Source of the DNA: Eledone cirrhosa
Taxonomy: Eukaryota
Length of the DNA stretch: 64,000 bases
NCBI GenBank assembly: GCA_964016885.1
Contig: CAXHJY010000876.1
Coordinates: 1-64,000, forward strand
Direction: 5' to 3'
Shown here: positions 49,161 to 63,665 of the stretch, piece after piece
How positions within the stretch are numbered: position 1 is the first letter of the stretch
How the letters are laid out: every line of letters starts with the position of its first letter
The notes under the pieces: generated by a model
Seen by the model: the letters and a program-made list of their open reading frames with translations, nothing else
Told to the model about the DNA's origin: nothing
Databases searched by the model: none
Program-made: the position numbers and the translations under genes

Positions 49161-49429
49161 GTACGTTTGCATTTATGTATGTGTATGTGTATACATGTTT
49201 ATGTATATTTATGTATAGTATATATACACTCACCCTAATACTTTCCGCCAAATCTTAGATCCCATCCCTATATTTTTTGCTCAATCCCCACCAACTTAAC
49301 TTTATTAACTTTAATATAATTGACTTATGCTTTTATTATTATATTTTGTTAGAACTCTAGAATCTTTTGGGTGGAGCCTTGGGCCTCGCGGGCTTCCATA
49401 TCGCGATATATTAATATAAAAGGGATGCA

Positions 49430-51122
49430 GGCACACAGATACACACACACACAGGCACAGATAGATACATACACACACATGCACACATAGATACATACAC
49501 AGACAGGCACACATAGATACATACACAGACTGGCACACATAGATACACACACAGACTGGCACATATAGATACACACACAGACAGGCACATATAGATACAT
49601 ACACAGGCAGGCACACATAGATACATACACAGACAGGCACATATAGATACATACACAGGCAGGCACACATAGATACATACACAGACAGGCACACATATAT
49701 ACATACACAGACTGGCACACATAGATACACACACAGACTGGCACATATAGATACACACACAGACAGGCACATATAGATACATACACAGGCAGGCACACAT
49801 AGATACATACACACACACAGGCACACATAGATACATACACAGACAGGCACACATAGATACATACACACACAGGCACATATAGATACACACACAGGCAGGC
49901 ACACATAGATACATACACAGACAGGCACACATAGATACATACACAGACAGACACACATAGATACATACACAGACTGGCACACATAGATACACACACAGAC
50001 TGGCACATATAGATACACACACAGGCAGGCACACATAGATACATACACAGACAGGCACACATAGATACATACACAGACTGGCACATATAGATACATACAC
50101 AGACTGGCACATATAGATACATACACAGACTGGCACATATAGATACATACACAGACTGGCACATATAGATACATACACAGACAGGTACACATAGATACAC
50201 ACAGAGGCAGGCACACATAGATACATACACAGACAGGCACATATAGATACACACACAGACTGACACATATAGATACATACACAGACAGGCACATATAGAT
50301 ACATACACAGACTGGCACACATAGATACATACACAGGCAGGCACATATAGATACATACACAGACAGGTACACATAGATACACACAGACAGGCACACATAG
50401 ATACATACACAGGCAGGCACACATAGATACATACACAGACTGGCACATATAGATACACACAGACAGGGACATATAGATACACACAGAGGCAGGCACACAT
50501 AGATACATACACAGACAGGCACATATAGATACATACACACACAGGCACACATAGACACACACAGATAGGGACATATAGATACATACACAGACAGGCACAC
50601 ATAGATACATACACAGACAGGCACACATAGATACACACACACACACCCAGGCACACAGAGATACACACACACACACACACACAAGCACACAGAGATACAC
50701 ACACACCCAGGCACACAGAGATACACACACACACAGACAGGCACACATAGATACACACACAGGCAGGCACACGTAGATACACACACACACAAGCACACAG
50801 AGATACACACACACCCAGGCACACAGAGATACACACACACACAGACAGGTACACGTAGATACATACACAGACAGGCACACATAGATACACACACAGGCAG
50901 GCACATATAGATACACACACACAGACAGGCACACGTAGATACATACGCAGACATGCACACATAGATACACACACACACACACAGGCACACAGAGATACAC
51001 ACACACACAGACAGGCACACGTAGATACATACACACACAGGCACACAGAGATACACACACACACACAGGCACATATAGATACATACACACACAGGCACAC
51101 ATAGATACATACACACACACAC
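49430..51122. repeat. 26-bp minisatellite derived from CA/TA repeats
   Basis: Unit acagacaggcacacatagatacatac and variants. Confidence 0.92.
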
Positions 51123-51203
51123 GCAAATTGATGCCTCTTAAAATCTGAAGATGTGGTCAATATTGGACCTTTAAACTTAGGTAGCACTTTCATGTGTGTG
51201 TGA

Positions 51204-51278
<75 letters not shown>

Positions 51279-51687
51279 TGTGGTGCTGACCATTAGCCAT
51301 GTAAGTACTCAATGCATGGAGAGATGTAGAGAGAATACAGAGATATGGAGAATCCCGACCGCGGCGCCAAGCGGTTTCGAAAGCGGTCGGACTTTACACA
51401 CACACACACACACTCACAAACGCACACACACACACAGAGACAGACAGACACACACACACACATATATATATACACATATACGTGTTTGTGCATAGAATAA
51501 TAAAAAAAAAGCAGAAGTCAGATATAGGTAGATAGTTAGTTCGTTGTTTTACAATCGTTTCAGAGGGTCGATTGATCGATGCAGATCCATGTACCGACTA
51601 ACATGGTAGTGGTTAAGTTGCTACCTATTTCTAGTCTCGAAATCCCTGTTCAATCGGCTGTCTTCTTCAGAAACACTAAACTACAAA

Positions 51688-51783
<96 letters not shown>

Positions 51784-51850
51784 GCTCTTGCTGTATGTAA
51801 ATATATCTCTTTATTTGGTTATATATATATGTGTGTGTGTGTGTGTGCGC

Positions 51851-51882
<32 letters not shown>

Positions 51883-51884
51883 GT

Positions 51885-52213
51885 GTGTGCGTAAAAAAAT
51901 AATAAATAATTTGTCGATCGACTTTCGTCAAATTGGACCGAGGAAACTATGTTTCCTTTGGTCTTTCCAATTGGTAATACTATCTATCGGTCGCAACTCC
52001 AGGTAGGAGGGCAACGTGAAATAAAGTGTGTTTCTCAAAGACATGACGCATCCTCCAGTTCTCTAACCAATCAGCCATACGCCTTCTTATATATATTTAT
52101 GTGTGCAACTAGATGAGGGAACCAAGCTGAAAGTGACTGCGACTTTTCTACTTTGAAAATTAATTCCTACACTCTACCAACAAGTAATTAGCGATCATTT
52201 CCTTAATGGTTGG

Positions 52214-52269
<56 letters not shown>

Positions 52270-52520
52270 GTGTAGTTTTTCCAAATTGAAGGATGAGTAT
52301 TTTAAACTTTATTTTATTCTGAGTTAAGGCTCTATTGATTTTTCCCTGGATTTCACCAAATTCCGTGGATGAATCTATATCCTGATTCTTTTTGAATTGA
52401 GTTTGAATTATTTTCCCACATCTTACGTTAACTATTTTTCCATTTTGACGCTATAGTCACATATATTATGGAATACTGTTGGCTTCTTGCTACAATAATT
52501 TCTATACTTTTCATTTATAT

Positions 52521-52579
<59 letters not shown>

Positions 52580-53000
52580 ATGTATGTATGTATGTATTAC
52601 AGTATGTGTTTAAAATGCCGTAGTATAGAAAACATCCAACCATTAAGGAAACGACCGCTAATTACTTGTTGGTTGTGTGTAGGAATTAATTTTCAAAGTA
52701 GAAAAGTCGCAGTCACTTTCAGCTTGGTTCCCTCATCTAGTTGCACACATAAATATATATAAGAAGGCGTATGGCTGCTTGGTTAGAGAACTGGATTCGC
52801 AATCGTGAGGTTGTCATTTCGATTCTTGGACTGGGGGATGCGTCATGTCCTTGAGAAAGACACTTTATTTCACGTTGCCCCTCCTACCTGGAGTTGCGAC
52901 CGATAGATAGTATTACCAATTGGAAAGACCAAAGGAAACATAGTTTCCTCGGTCCAATTTGACGAAAGTCGATCGACAAATTATTTATTATTTTTTTACG
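51885..53000. repeat. Local inverted duplication (arms ~51885-52222 and ~52626-53000)
   Basis: The arms are near-identical reverse complements and include a SINE fragment. The left arm has an internal deletion. Confidence 0.88.
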
Positions 53001-53352
53001 CACACACACACACACACACACACACGCACATACACATATATATATATTTATATAATATACATGTATAATATAATGATCAGAAACATACTCTAATATATAC
53101 ATACATGCAGACATGCAAACATATCTACCTAGTTGATGTTGTGTAAATTGCAATGGGAGAGTCTTGTAACTATGCTAGAAACCGACTCTCTCTTTATTGG
53201 AAAATATTTGTGAAATTATAAAACCAGAAGAACATACATACATATATATACCCCCCCCCCCCCCCACACATATATATAATGATCAGAAACACATTTTCGT
53301 AGAGCCAACACACCATTCCAGGCCTATTTAAAAGACGGTATATATATGTATA

Positions 53353-53408
<56 letters not shown>

Positions 53409-53518
53409 CACACATATATATATATATGACTGTGCAAATGGCAAGCGTTGAGATGACATTTTACTAGCCTGAATTAAATGCTTGCTTACCTTACATACCC
53501 TATTAGATATGTTGACCG

Positions 53519-53549
<31 letters not shown>

Positions 53550-54014
53550 TATGACGATGTGTCCCAGCTGTTTGTTAAAAGGAACTTTCGACTTGTTAAA
53601 TTAATTTGTCATGTAGCCAAGTATTCTACAGAGACGTGTATTCTTAACGAAATTCTCAGGAATATTCTACATAACAGTGTAAGACATGGCTGTCCTTTTG
53701 AATGACAGGTGCAATCAACTTCAGCGCCTGGGTATTCTTCCAAATAAATAGTGTCAACTTAGAGTTTAGCAAGCTAACAAACCTAGCTTTTCACTCACTA
53801 TAAGAAAACGACTCAGCCTGCATTTTCTACTATATAGTCCACATGATACTATCCGACTCTCTTTAGATATTTCCACAATGCTGCTACGCGGTAAAGATAT
53901 TAAGTGATTTATTTATTGATCGCAGGAAAGTGTATATTATATACCATCATATAAGTTATTCATACAAGTTTGTATAAAACTCATCTTTTCTGGTTTAGAA
54001 ATTCGTCTATCAGT

Positions 54015-54275
54015 GGAGACTCGTGTGTTAGTGGTAAGAGTGTTGCACTTGCTATCGTAATGCCGTGAGTTCGGTTCTTGGGCTGGGTTGTGCGTTGTGT
54101 TTATGAACAAAACACTTCATTTCACGTTGCTCCAGTGTACTCAACTGAAAATGAATATCAGCAATAGCTGGGAGGTTTATCCCTTCGATGGACTCGCGTC
54201 CTCTCCAGGGCGAAGTCTTGTATTCTCAGTCGCTTTATGCCACAGAAACCGGGATAAGCTCCGGCCTGATTAGCT
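54015..54275 (+). mobile_element. tRNA-derived SINE with a conserved central/3' domain
   Basis: A-box and B-box-like head (tagtggtaagag..gagttcggttc) and a gatggact..ccaggg..gaaaccgggataagctccgg block typical of old metazoan SINEs. Confidence 0.6.
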
Positions 54276-55140
54276 TCCGGGCTCGAGACAGACTTTAGAA
54301 TTCGTCTGTCTGATGTCTGTGTTGTAGGCAGCCGTCTAGTTGGTGTTGATGGTATCGCCAGATTTGGGTACAATCCATACGACGGGTTTCTAAACATTTT
54401 CCGTTTACCCAATTTCACTCACAAGGTTTTGGTGGACCTGAAGCTATGGAAAAAGACACTTTACCTAAGATGCCTCCCTCAGGTATCGAAACCGTAAACC
54501 TCTTTTTTCTGGAGACAGCTTTCTTATCGCTTCAGTTAGGGTTTTGTTGTATTTTTGTAACAGTTTCCAGTGAATTCAGCATACCTGAATAGTTAAAGGG
54601 GTTCACTTCGCAATGATTAGGGTATGGGTCCAATCACACTGCATGGTATCCTCAACAAATGCCATTTAGGGTTAGGGTTAGAGTTAGGGTTAGGACAGAC
54701 CCATACCTTGTGAGTGAAAATAAGTAGACGGAAACGTATTTGGGAGTCCGTCTGATAGACTTTATCGCTAATTCAAAGGGCCAACCTTGTGTCATTTTGA
54801 ATCTCCCTGAGTGAGAATTTCGTAAAAATTAAATGTGTCTGTGGAATGCTCAGCCACTCGTATGTTAATTTAACGCGTCGACAGTTCCTTTGACCGAACA
54901 ACTACAACACTTGAATCTCCCTGAGGATTCCGTAAAAATTAAATGTGTCTGTGGAATGCTCAGCCACTTGCATGGTAATTTAACACGTCGAAAGTTCATT
55001 TGATCGAACAACTGGAACACCCGAATCTCCCTGAGAATTACGTTAAGAATACACGTGTCTGTGGAACGCCCGGTCACTTACTTGCATGTTAATTTTACGA
55101 ACAGACAGTTCAGTAGATTGGAGAGCTGGGACACGTACTG

Positions 55141-55598
55141 TCAGAAGTGAAGGATGATGATGATGATGATGGTGATGATGATGGTGATGATGATGATGAT
55201 GATGATGGTGATGATTGCGGTGGTGATAATGACGGTGGTGATGACGGTGATGAAGATGACGATGGTGGTGGTGATGATGATGATGATGATGGCGATGATG
55301 ATAATGATGGCGATGGTGATGATGATGATAATGACGATTATTATGATGATGATGATGATGATGATGATGAGGATAATGACGACGACAGTGGCGACGATGG
55401 CGATGATATTGATGATGATGATGACGATAATACTGCTGCTGCTAATGAAGGTGATGATGATAACGAATGATGATGATGACAATGATGATGGTGACAATGA
55501 TGATGATGACAATGATGATGATGACAATGATGATGATAACGAATGATGATGATGACAATGATGATGATGACAATGATGATGATGACAATGATGATGAT
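55141..55598. repeat. (GAT)n array
   Basis: Read directly from the sequence. Confidence 0.95.
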
Positions 55599-55797
55599 AC
55601 AACGGTTTCCAGATTCCGGTGATTTCGTATATCGATATCGAGTATTTGAAGAGGTTTTCCAGTGCAATAAGATACTTTAGGCTTCTCTTCAGCCCCTGCG
55701 GCTTCTTCAGGTTTGGCATTTCTCACATACGTTTCTCACTATCTCCATGGAAAGACCTTATCAAAGTCATGATCGGCGTAGAGGATATTTATCTCGA

Positions 55798-56625
55798 GTG
55801 TGTGTGGAGGAGAGGTGTTGTGAGGGTTGTGGGCGATGTGGGGTTAGGGTTTGTGTGGAGGAGAGGTGTTGTGAGGGTTGTGTGTGTTGTGTGGTTGTGT
55901 GGTTGTGGGGTTAGGGTTTGTGTGGAGGAGAGGTGTTGTGAGGGTTGTGTGTGTTGTGTGGTTGTGGGGTTAGGGGTTGTGTGGAGGGGTGTTGTGAGGG
56001 TTGTGGGCGTTGTGGAGGGGTGTTGTGAGGGTTGTGTGTGTTGTGTGGTTGTGTGGTTGTGGGGTTAGGGTTTGTGTGGAGGGGTGTTGTGAGGGTTGTG
56101 GGCGTTGTGGGGTTAGGGTTTGTGTGGAGGAGAGGTGTTGTGAGGGTTGTGTGTGTTGTGTGGTTGTGTGGTTGTGGGGTTAGGGTTTGTGTGGAGGGGT
56201 GTTGTGAGGGTTGTGGGCGTTGTGGGGTTAGGGTTTGTGTGGAGGGGTGTTGTTGTGAGGGTTGTGTGTGTTGTGTGGTTGTGTGGTTGTGGGGTTAGGG
56301 TTTGTGTGGAGGGGTGTTGTGAGGGTTGTGGGCGTTGTGGGGTTAGGGTTTGTGTGGAGGGGTGTTGTGAGGGTTGTGTGTGTTGTGTGGTTGTGTGGTT
56401 GTGGGGTTAGGGTTTGTGTGGAGGGGTGTTGTGAGGGTTGTGGGCGTTGTGGGGTTAGGGTTTGTGTGGAGGGGTGTTGTGAGGGTTGTGTGTGTTGTGT
56501 GGTTGTGTGGTTGTGGGGTTAGGGTTTGTGTGGAGGGGTGTTGTGAGGGTTGTGTGTGTTGTGTGTGTTGTGTGGTTGTGTGGTTGTGTGTTTGTTGGTT
56601 TGTGTGGTTGTGTGGTTGTGTGGTT
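55798..56625. repeat. GT-rich minisatellite (~112-115 bp higher-order unit) containing GGGGTTAGGG
   Basis: Repeated ggggttagggtttgtgtggagg. Confidence 0.9.
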
Positions 56626-57154
56626 GAATGATTTCTTTATTTTAGTAATTGTTTCTACTTTTTGGCACAAGGCCAGCAATTACCCAATGCATTACTGGTA
56701 CTTTATTTTATCGACCTCGTAAGGATAAAAGGAAAAGTTAACCTCGGCGGGATTTGAACTCAGAATGGAAAGGGCCGTATCTCTGTGCGTCAAAGCATGG
56801 CGTCCGACCCTCTACAGGTACTGTCAATCCAGCGCCATTCATTTTTTTTTATTTTAATAATGATTAGCAGAATGGCCCGGCGCTGCTCGGGATTCTAAAC
56901 ATAGATTGGCATGTTTATCCTTCCTTTCTGAAACAGTTTCGTTGTATGTTCACCAATTGATGCAGAAGTCCTAATAAAAAGTAAAGTCGCCTTGGGTGAA
57001 TAGGCAAATAGTTTTCCATTAAGATTTTTCAAAAGCATGTAATTGCGTTCCCTCTCTTTTTGTGGTTGTTTTTGCTGGTGTCGAACCTCGTGAAATAAAT
57101 ACGTTTGTTTATATTTTGTTATTGTGTATGCAAAAATATCTGTACACGAATATA

Positions 57155-57246
<92 letters not shown>

Positions 57247-57419
57247 TAACAGATTAAAGTTTAAGCAAATAATCGATGCTTTCACCCTTAACGGGATCTT
57301 CTGAAACTAAACATATCAATCTGTGAACGCAGAAGTAAATATTTCGAAAAACGTTACACACTATATATATATATATATACACATACATTATATATACATA
57401 TATATACACACACAGATAG

Positions 57420-57718
57420 TGTCATAATGTCGTAATGGAGACAGTCAGTCATACAGACAGATATTATAAGGGCGCGACGTTATAGCTATGTATCTATCTA
57501 AAAAGGCAGGCTAAGGAAAGACAGAGAGATCGCTAAACGGCGCCTAATGCGGTCCCTAGGGCATTGAAAATTTGAAATATTTTTTGGTCAAAACAGTCAC
57601 AGGACCATAAGTATTACATGTGTAAAGTTTGAAAATAATCGGTTGGGTGGTTCTCGAGTTTTAGGGAGTCAGTCAGACAGATAGACAGACAAACATTCTC
57701 TGTTTTAAATATATAGAT
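57420..57718 (-). mobile_element. Non-autonomous Helitron/Helentron-like element
   Basis: Layout aaagtttgaaaataatcggttg..(cagac)n..tttaaatatataga resembles Lep1/DINE-1-type elements. The minus strand begins TCTATATATT. Confidence 0.45.
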
Positions 57719-57749
57719 GATGATGATGCTCCCGAGAAGGAGAAGGAAA

Positions 57750-57806
<57 letters not shown>

Positions 57807-57974
57807 CGTAGTAGTGGTAGAAGAAGAAGGTGACGAAGAAGAAAGTAGACTGAAGTTTACGAAGGTCAAGGAAAATTTGGGGTCTTGGGTAAACGTTGTC
57901 GTCAAAGAATTATTAAATTACGCTTATTGCTTATATTACTACACACTCCGTCATTTTTGACAGGTACTACGCTA

Positions 57975-58008
<34 letters not shown>

Positions 58009-59320
58009 ATCGCTGAGTTTTAGAGTGAAAGAAAGGGAAACAATGGAAAATATATATAACAATAAAATTGTGGAAAGTTCAATGAAAAAACACAAACTTT
58101 GGAATAAATATGAAAAATATGAGAAAACCATGGAAAAATTACTGAAATTAAACTGTAAACCTTACACATACATACAATATATGACATACACTCACACAAT
58201 ATAAACGACATACACTTACACAATACGTATGCACACATTTGCATAATATATTACCATGTACATACACTTACCCAATATATATACGTACGCATAATCATAT
58301 ATATAAATACACACAATATGTGCACACATTTACACAATACATATACATACACAAAACATACACACACATACACAGTAGATGCACATATTATTGATATTAC
58401 GATTTGCTTAAAAACATTATTTTTGTTAATTCGTGATAAAACACACACATACTCACATACATATACGTACACTTACATACACGAATAATCACACATGCAC
58501 GCACATACACGAAAGCATGTTGAAGCATGTTGCATATTAAACATACATATGTACAACGATATACGTGCATATATATATATATATATATATATGCAGGCAT
58601 ATATAATGCATACATAAATACGTACGAACATATATACATTCATGCATACGTAGATTCGCCCACACACACGCACACGCACACACACACGCATATATATATA
58701 TATAGAGAGAGATATATATACACTATATATATATATGTATATATATATATATAGAGATAGATATATATACACTGACATATTCATATGAACATATCCATAT
58801 ATATAATCACATACACAGGCACAAACGTTCGCATATGCACAAATATATATATATACAAAGACACACACCTACTCGCGCATATATATATATATATATATAT
58901 ACACACAACCACACACACATATATATATGTATATATATATACACACAGATACATATATAGACGTTCATTCACAGATACATACGCAATTTAAAATATTGCG
59001 AACGTGATGTTTTTTTATGTGCATATTTATTTTAATTATCTTATTGTAACAAGCCGACAGGCACACACACATACACATACACACACATACACATATATGC
59101 ACATATATGCACATATATGCACATAATATATCTATATATTGTACACATATTGCGCGCTCTCACACACATACATGCATAGTTGAAGTTATGCACATGTCTA
59201 CATAAAATTGAATACATACATTCGTTCATACATGTAAGCATACATCCGTATATACATATCTACGAGCATAAATGCGTGTATGTATACTTGTGCAAATGCA
59301 CAAGTATACATACATGAATG

Positions 59321-59352
<32 letters not shown>

Positions 59353-59396
59353 GATAGATAGATAAGATAGATTTAGATATAGATATATATATATTT

Positions 59397-59455
<59 letters not shown>

Positions 59456-59787
59456 CAGATAGTATATCTATACATACGCCCAAATTTATGTATACACATA
59501 GATACCTACACGCTCAAGTACACATACCTACACGCTCAAGTATACATGCCTACATGCTCAAGTATACATGCCTACATGCTCAAGTATACATGCCTACATA
59601 CACGTGCTTACATACATGTAGTTACAGATAAACTTTCTTTCGCTGTATCACTGTTTCCAATCCCGTATCGATCTGTTTATCAATTTCTCTTTGATATTCA
59701 TACTTACATATATGCATGCATAAATACATACATACATGCATACATAAATACATACATACATAAATACATACATACATACATATATAC

Positions 59788-60300
59788 ATGGTGGCTACCA
59801 ACTCGTTTTCGAGTACGGCCACTACTTTATATCCATGTAGGAGAACCCCTACCGATGCGCTGAACAGGTGTGACTTTTTAGTCCAGCCAGCGACTTGAAA
59901 ACTCTGGTACAAACACTACACTTGTGACAATTATTGACACATAGTGCTGGGCCCATGGTACCATGTGACGACAAGTTCAGAGAGATCTCCAGATATAAAG
60001 CAATGCCTGTGCCGCGAAGCTTTTATAGTGAGCAAAGGCACTGCACAAAGCCAGTCCCACTCTCTTAACCAAGATGATATTTACCAAAAAGAAGAACAAG
60101 TCAACATCATTGGATACCATCAGGGTTGCAGGTGTTATATCAGAGTTTTCCTTCTCCTAGAATTCTGCCTTGACAAAGGCTAAGGGGTCATCTTTCCCGG
60201 TGATTTTGGATGGCCATTGACTCTTAAGAGCTTCTTTGCCCTTTGACAGGTTTTGTGTTTAGTCCTTCAGGATGTCCAAAGTCACCCTCCTCACCAAGAA
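59788..60300 (-). mobile_element. Second, 5'-shortened copy of the RTE-like element in (TATG)n
   Basis: Near-identical to 32280-32790. Confidence 0.8.
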
Positions 60301-60395
60301 ACCATACATGCATACATACATACATACATATATTCATACATACATACATACATACATACATACATACATACATACATACATACATACACACACAT

Positions 60396-60432
<37 letters not shown>

Positions 60433-60885
60433 ACACGCACACATATATAATATCGTATTTCTAGAAGCGTTGAGCTAAGCTCCATAATTTTTACTTCGGT
60501 ATCAGTGTTGCCTGAATTCGAGCCTTGTAAGCGACGCTGTTCACAATGTATGTCTCTTGGGTCTTATATAACCAACTCTTAATTTAAAAAGTAAGATTCA
60601 TATATATATACATATATATATACATATATATATACATATACATTTATATATACTTATACATATATATCGTCTTCTGGTTGCAACGTTTTTTGAAATATCC
60701 AGTTCTGCGTTTACAGATTGACTTTGTTAGTTTCAGAAGATCCCGTTAAGGGTGAAAGCAGCGATTCTTTGCTTAAACTTTAATCTGTTATTTTAATAAA
60801 TATTTGCTCTAGGGTTCTTATATATTTGATATATATTTTCCTTATCGAGCCCTCTTTGGATTTTAGTCTTCAATTTTATTATTAT

Positions 60886-60919
<34 letters not shown>

Positions 60920-60998
60920 TGTATATATATACTGTATATATATAGTAAAAGAATGAAGAGTAACATGGTTGTCTGTACAATAAGGGGCTTTCTTTCAA

Positions 60999-61109
60999 GT
61001 ACTGACAATTGTTTCATTGATCAGGTGAGTCTAGAGGTCACTAATCGCTTGAAGTTGCGTCACTCGATCTCCAATACATTATTTACCTCTAATCAACACA
61101 TCAGAGTAC
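60999..61109 (-). ncRNA. Hammerhead motif with a 64-nt loop II (A9 changed to U)
   Basis: Minus strand: gtact CTGATGT gttgattag [64 nt] ctgatcaat GAAAC aatt GTC agtac. Confidence 0.7.
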
Positions 61110-61172
<63 letters not shown>

Positions 61173-61345
61173 TGTATATATAAGGTATGAATCGAAGTTG
61201 TAGCTTCCACATATAGCAGGACCCCCACGGCTGACTTATTCATATAAGCATACTCTACTAGCCCTAGTATCGAGTAGTTTGGTGAGTAATGATCTATCCA
61301 ATTTCTTACTGAATCCATCTTGATTTACATACATATATATATACC

Positions 61346-61417
<72 letters not shown>

Positions 61418-61422
61418 TATAT

Positions 61423-61611
61423 GGAAAAAATCAGGACCTCGGCGTCTGAACTCCGCCCGTTTCGACCGCTAGATCCGAACTAGCTGTCGAAACGGCCGGA
61501 GCTCAGCCGTCGGGGTCCTGACTCTTTTCCTATTACCCACTCTACTACCCTAAGTATCGAGTACTCTGGTGCGTTATGGTCCACTGGTATCTTACTACAC
61601 TTTCTTTGTTA
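61423..61611. mobile_element. Family A fold-back copy (axis ~61476) in (TA)n
   Basis: Palindrome 61423-61530 plus tail. Confidence 0.8.
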
Positions 61612-61770
61612 TATATATGTAAGTGGGTTTTGATATATATGTATATCGGATCTCTGCGGTTGCAATGACAGAAATCATCTCGCCACTGACGTGAACCTAA
61701 ACATCGAATGCTCACCTGGGTGAAACTTCAGTAACTTCACGTTACACTCCCTGGATATATATATATATAG

Positions 61771-61822
<52 letters not shown>

Positions 61823-62579
61823 GTGTGTATGAGTGAGTGAGTGAGTGAGTGAGTTTATATATATATATATATATCAATCTTTCGATTAACGAAACTAATA
61901 TATACTAATATATACTATCGAAACTAATATAAACTTCGGTGTCAGAAACTTCTTTATCAGAGGAAGTTAAAACAGTTTTTATGCATTTAAGTTATTTTAA
62001 TTATCGAAAGAAATACACATTTATTGAAAAAAAACCAAACAAACACAAACACAAGGCCGATAATATGCGTGCATATACAGAAAATAATCCTTTTAGCATG
62101 ATTATATAAAATCCAATAAAAAAGAAATATACAGTTTCTTTATTTTGTGCAACTAGCCACTTTCTCTAAAACTATAAGAAGAAACAATCTCCTAAAAATA
62201 TATATATGATACTACTGGTTCTGTTTATCACCATTCACTTTCATCAATTGATTTGAGATTTAGATACTTTCTAATGCACCCGAAACTCCTGATGGAATCT
62301 TAGGCCTGTCGGTGTGTGTTGGGCTTTTTACACCCGGCAGAACCCATCCCTCTCAAGGTCTGAACACGGTCGACTTCTTCAAGAAAAGGAGAGAGTAAGA
62401 AAGAGATGTAGAGGAAGAATCGACCTCAATATTAGATTCGTACTTTTTTATCGACTGCTAAAGGATGAAAGGTAAAATTGACCTCGGTGGTAGATCTTGC
62501 TGGTTGTGTAATGCATGGAGGCTTCGTTCGTAGTTTGGATGATCGTCTTGTAGGAGTTGTATTGCTTGGGAAGTGGCTC

Positions 62580-62892
62580 AGCGACCGTATCTGTATCTGA
62601 GTTGTCCAACATTACCAAACTTAGACCAATTACATCAATTGTCATGTCAAGAGTTCTCAAACTAAAACGATCAACTCGTGGTGTGAGTAGGTTATGCCTG
62701 GAAGGAAGGTTGGCTGGTGAGAGAAGCAGAGGCTGGCAGCCAAAACGATGGCTTGATAATGTCAACTTATGGACTGGACTTGATCTTTGCTCTTTGAACT
62801 CTGCTGCTGGTGATCGAACTTTGTGGAGAGAGACATCTCATGTTGATGTGCAGTCTGCAACTGGCGGAGTTTAGCGTCACAAGAATGCTTAG
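62580..62892 (+). mobile_element. RTE/BovB-like LINE 3' fragment
   Basis: Encodes LEGRLAGERSRGWQPKRWLDNVNLWTG...AGDRTLWR. Confidence 0.8.
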
Positions 62893-63404
62893 TAAGAGCT
62901 TTTCAGTTTATAGTGATGGACGATTTTCTCCATGTGTTGTAGACCGTCTTCTTTGGCTGAAGTCCAAGGAAAGCTATCACCTCTAAAAGATCTGGAAATG
63001 TTTGATATATTTGAACAAACTGAGGTGAAATGACCTTTATTAATAAATATCTGATAGTCACAAATAGTTCTAATATACCAGACACCTACAGCCCCTTCTC
63101 GTCAATCAATTCTTTTATTTTATATTGACGCGAACATAGTTTACGACAATGTCTCAAGCCCAACGACCCTGCGATCGAATTTGAATTCTAATTTCGTTTT
63201 AAACTAAACCTAAAAACACAACCGACTAACTTATTCACGTGATACAGGACGTTAATTCGTTGTTGTAAGCCATCGTACTTACCATTCATGTTGCTCGCAT
63301 TTTCATAACGTTAATCACGGCATCCTTTTATACCCAAAGCATTTACCAGTAAAACAGAATGAACTGTTCAATACTATGCTCTTCCACACAGAGGTGGCAA
63401 TAGG

Positions 63405-63665
63405 TAGTTCAGTTCAGTTTTGTCTTGTGTCCTCCTCTGGAGGATAGGCCACCAACAGGTTTTCTCCAACAATCATCAAGGCCCTAGTCTAGTCGCTCCA
63501 ACTGTCTCTAGGAATGTCCCTATCTTTTTGCATGTACCTCCAAGATCATAGTCTCAAATATTCCTAGGTCTTCCTCTTTTTCTTTACCCCGATGGATTCC
63601 AGGCAAGAGCTTGACATCTGGCATAATACATGTTTTTTGAGGATGTGATCAATCCATCTTCAACA
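63405..63665 (-). mobile_element. Decayed RTE LINE 3' end
   Basis: The minus strand encodes RWIDHILKK and KRGRPRNI remnants, with a short (ACTGA)n tail. Confidence 0.65.

Noticed and set aside
49311-51193. Cys/Val-rich 600-aa ORFs
   Set aside because: A 26-bp minisatellite open in all three minus frames.
54660-54700. True telomere
   Set aside because: Only a few imperfect interstitial TTAGGG units.
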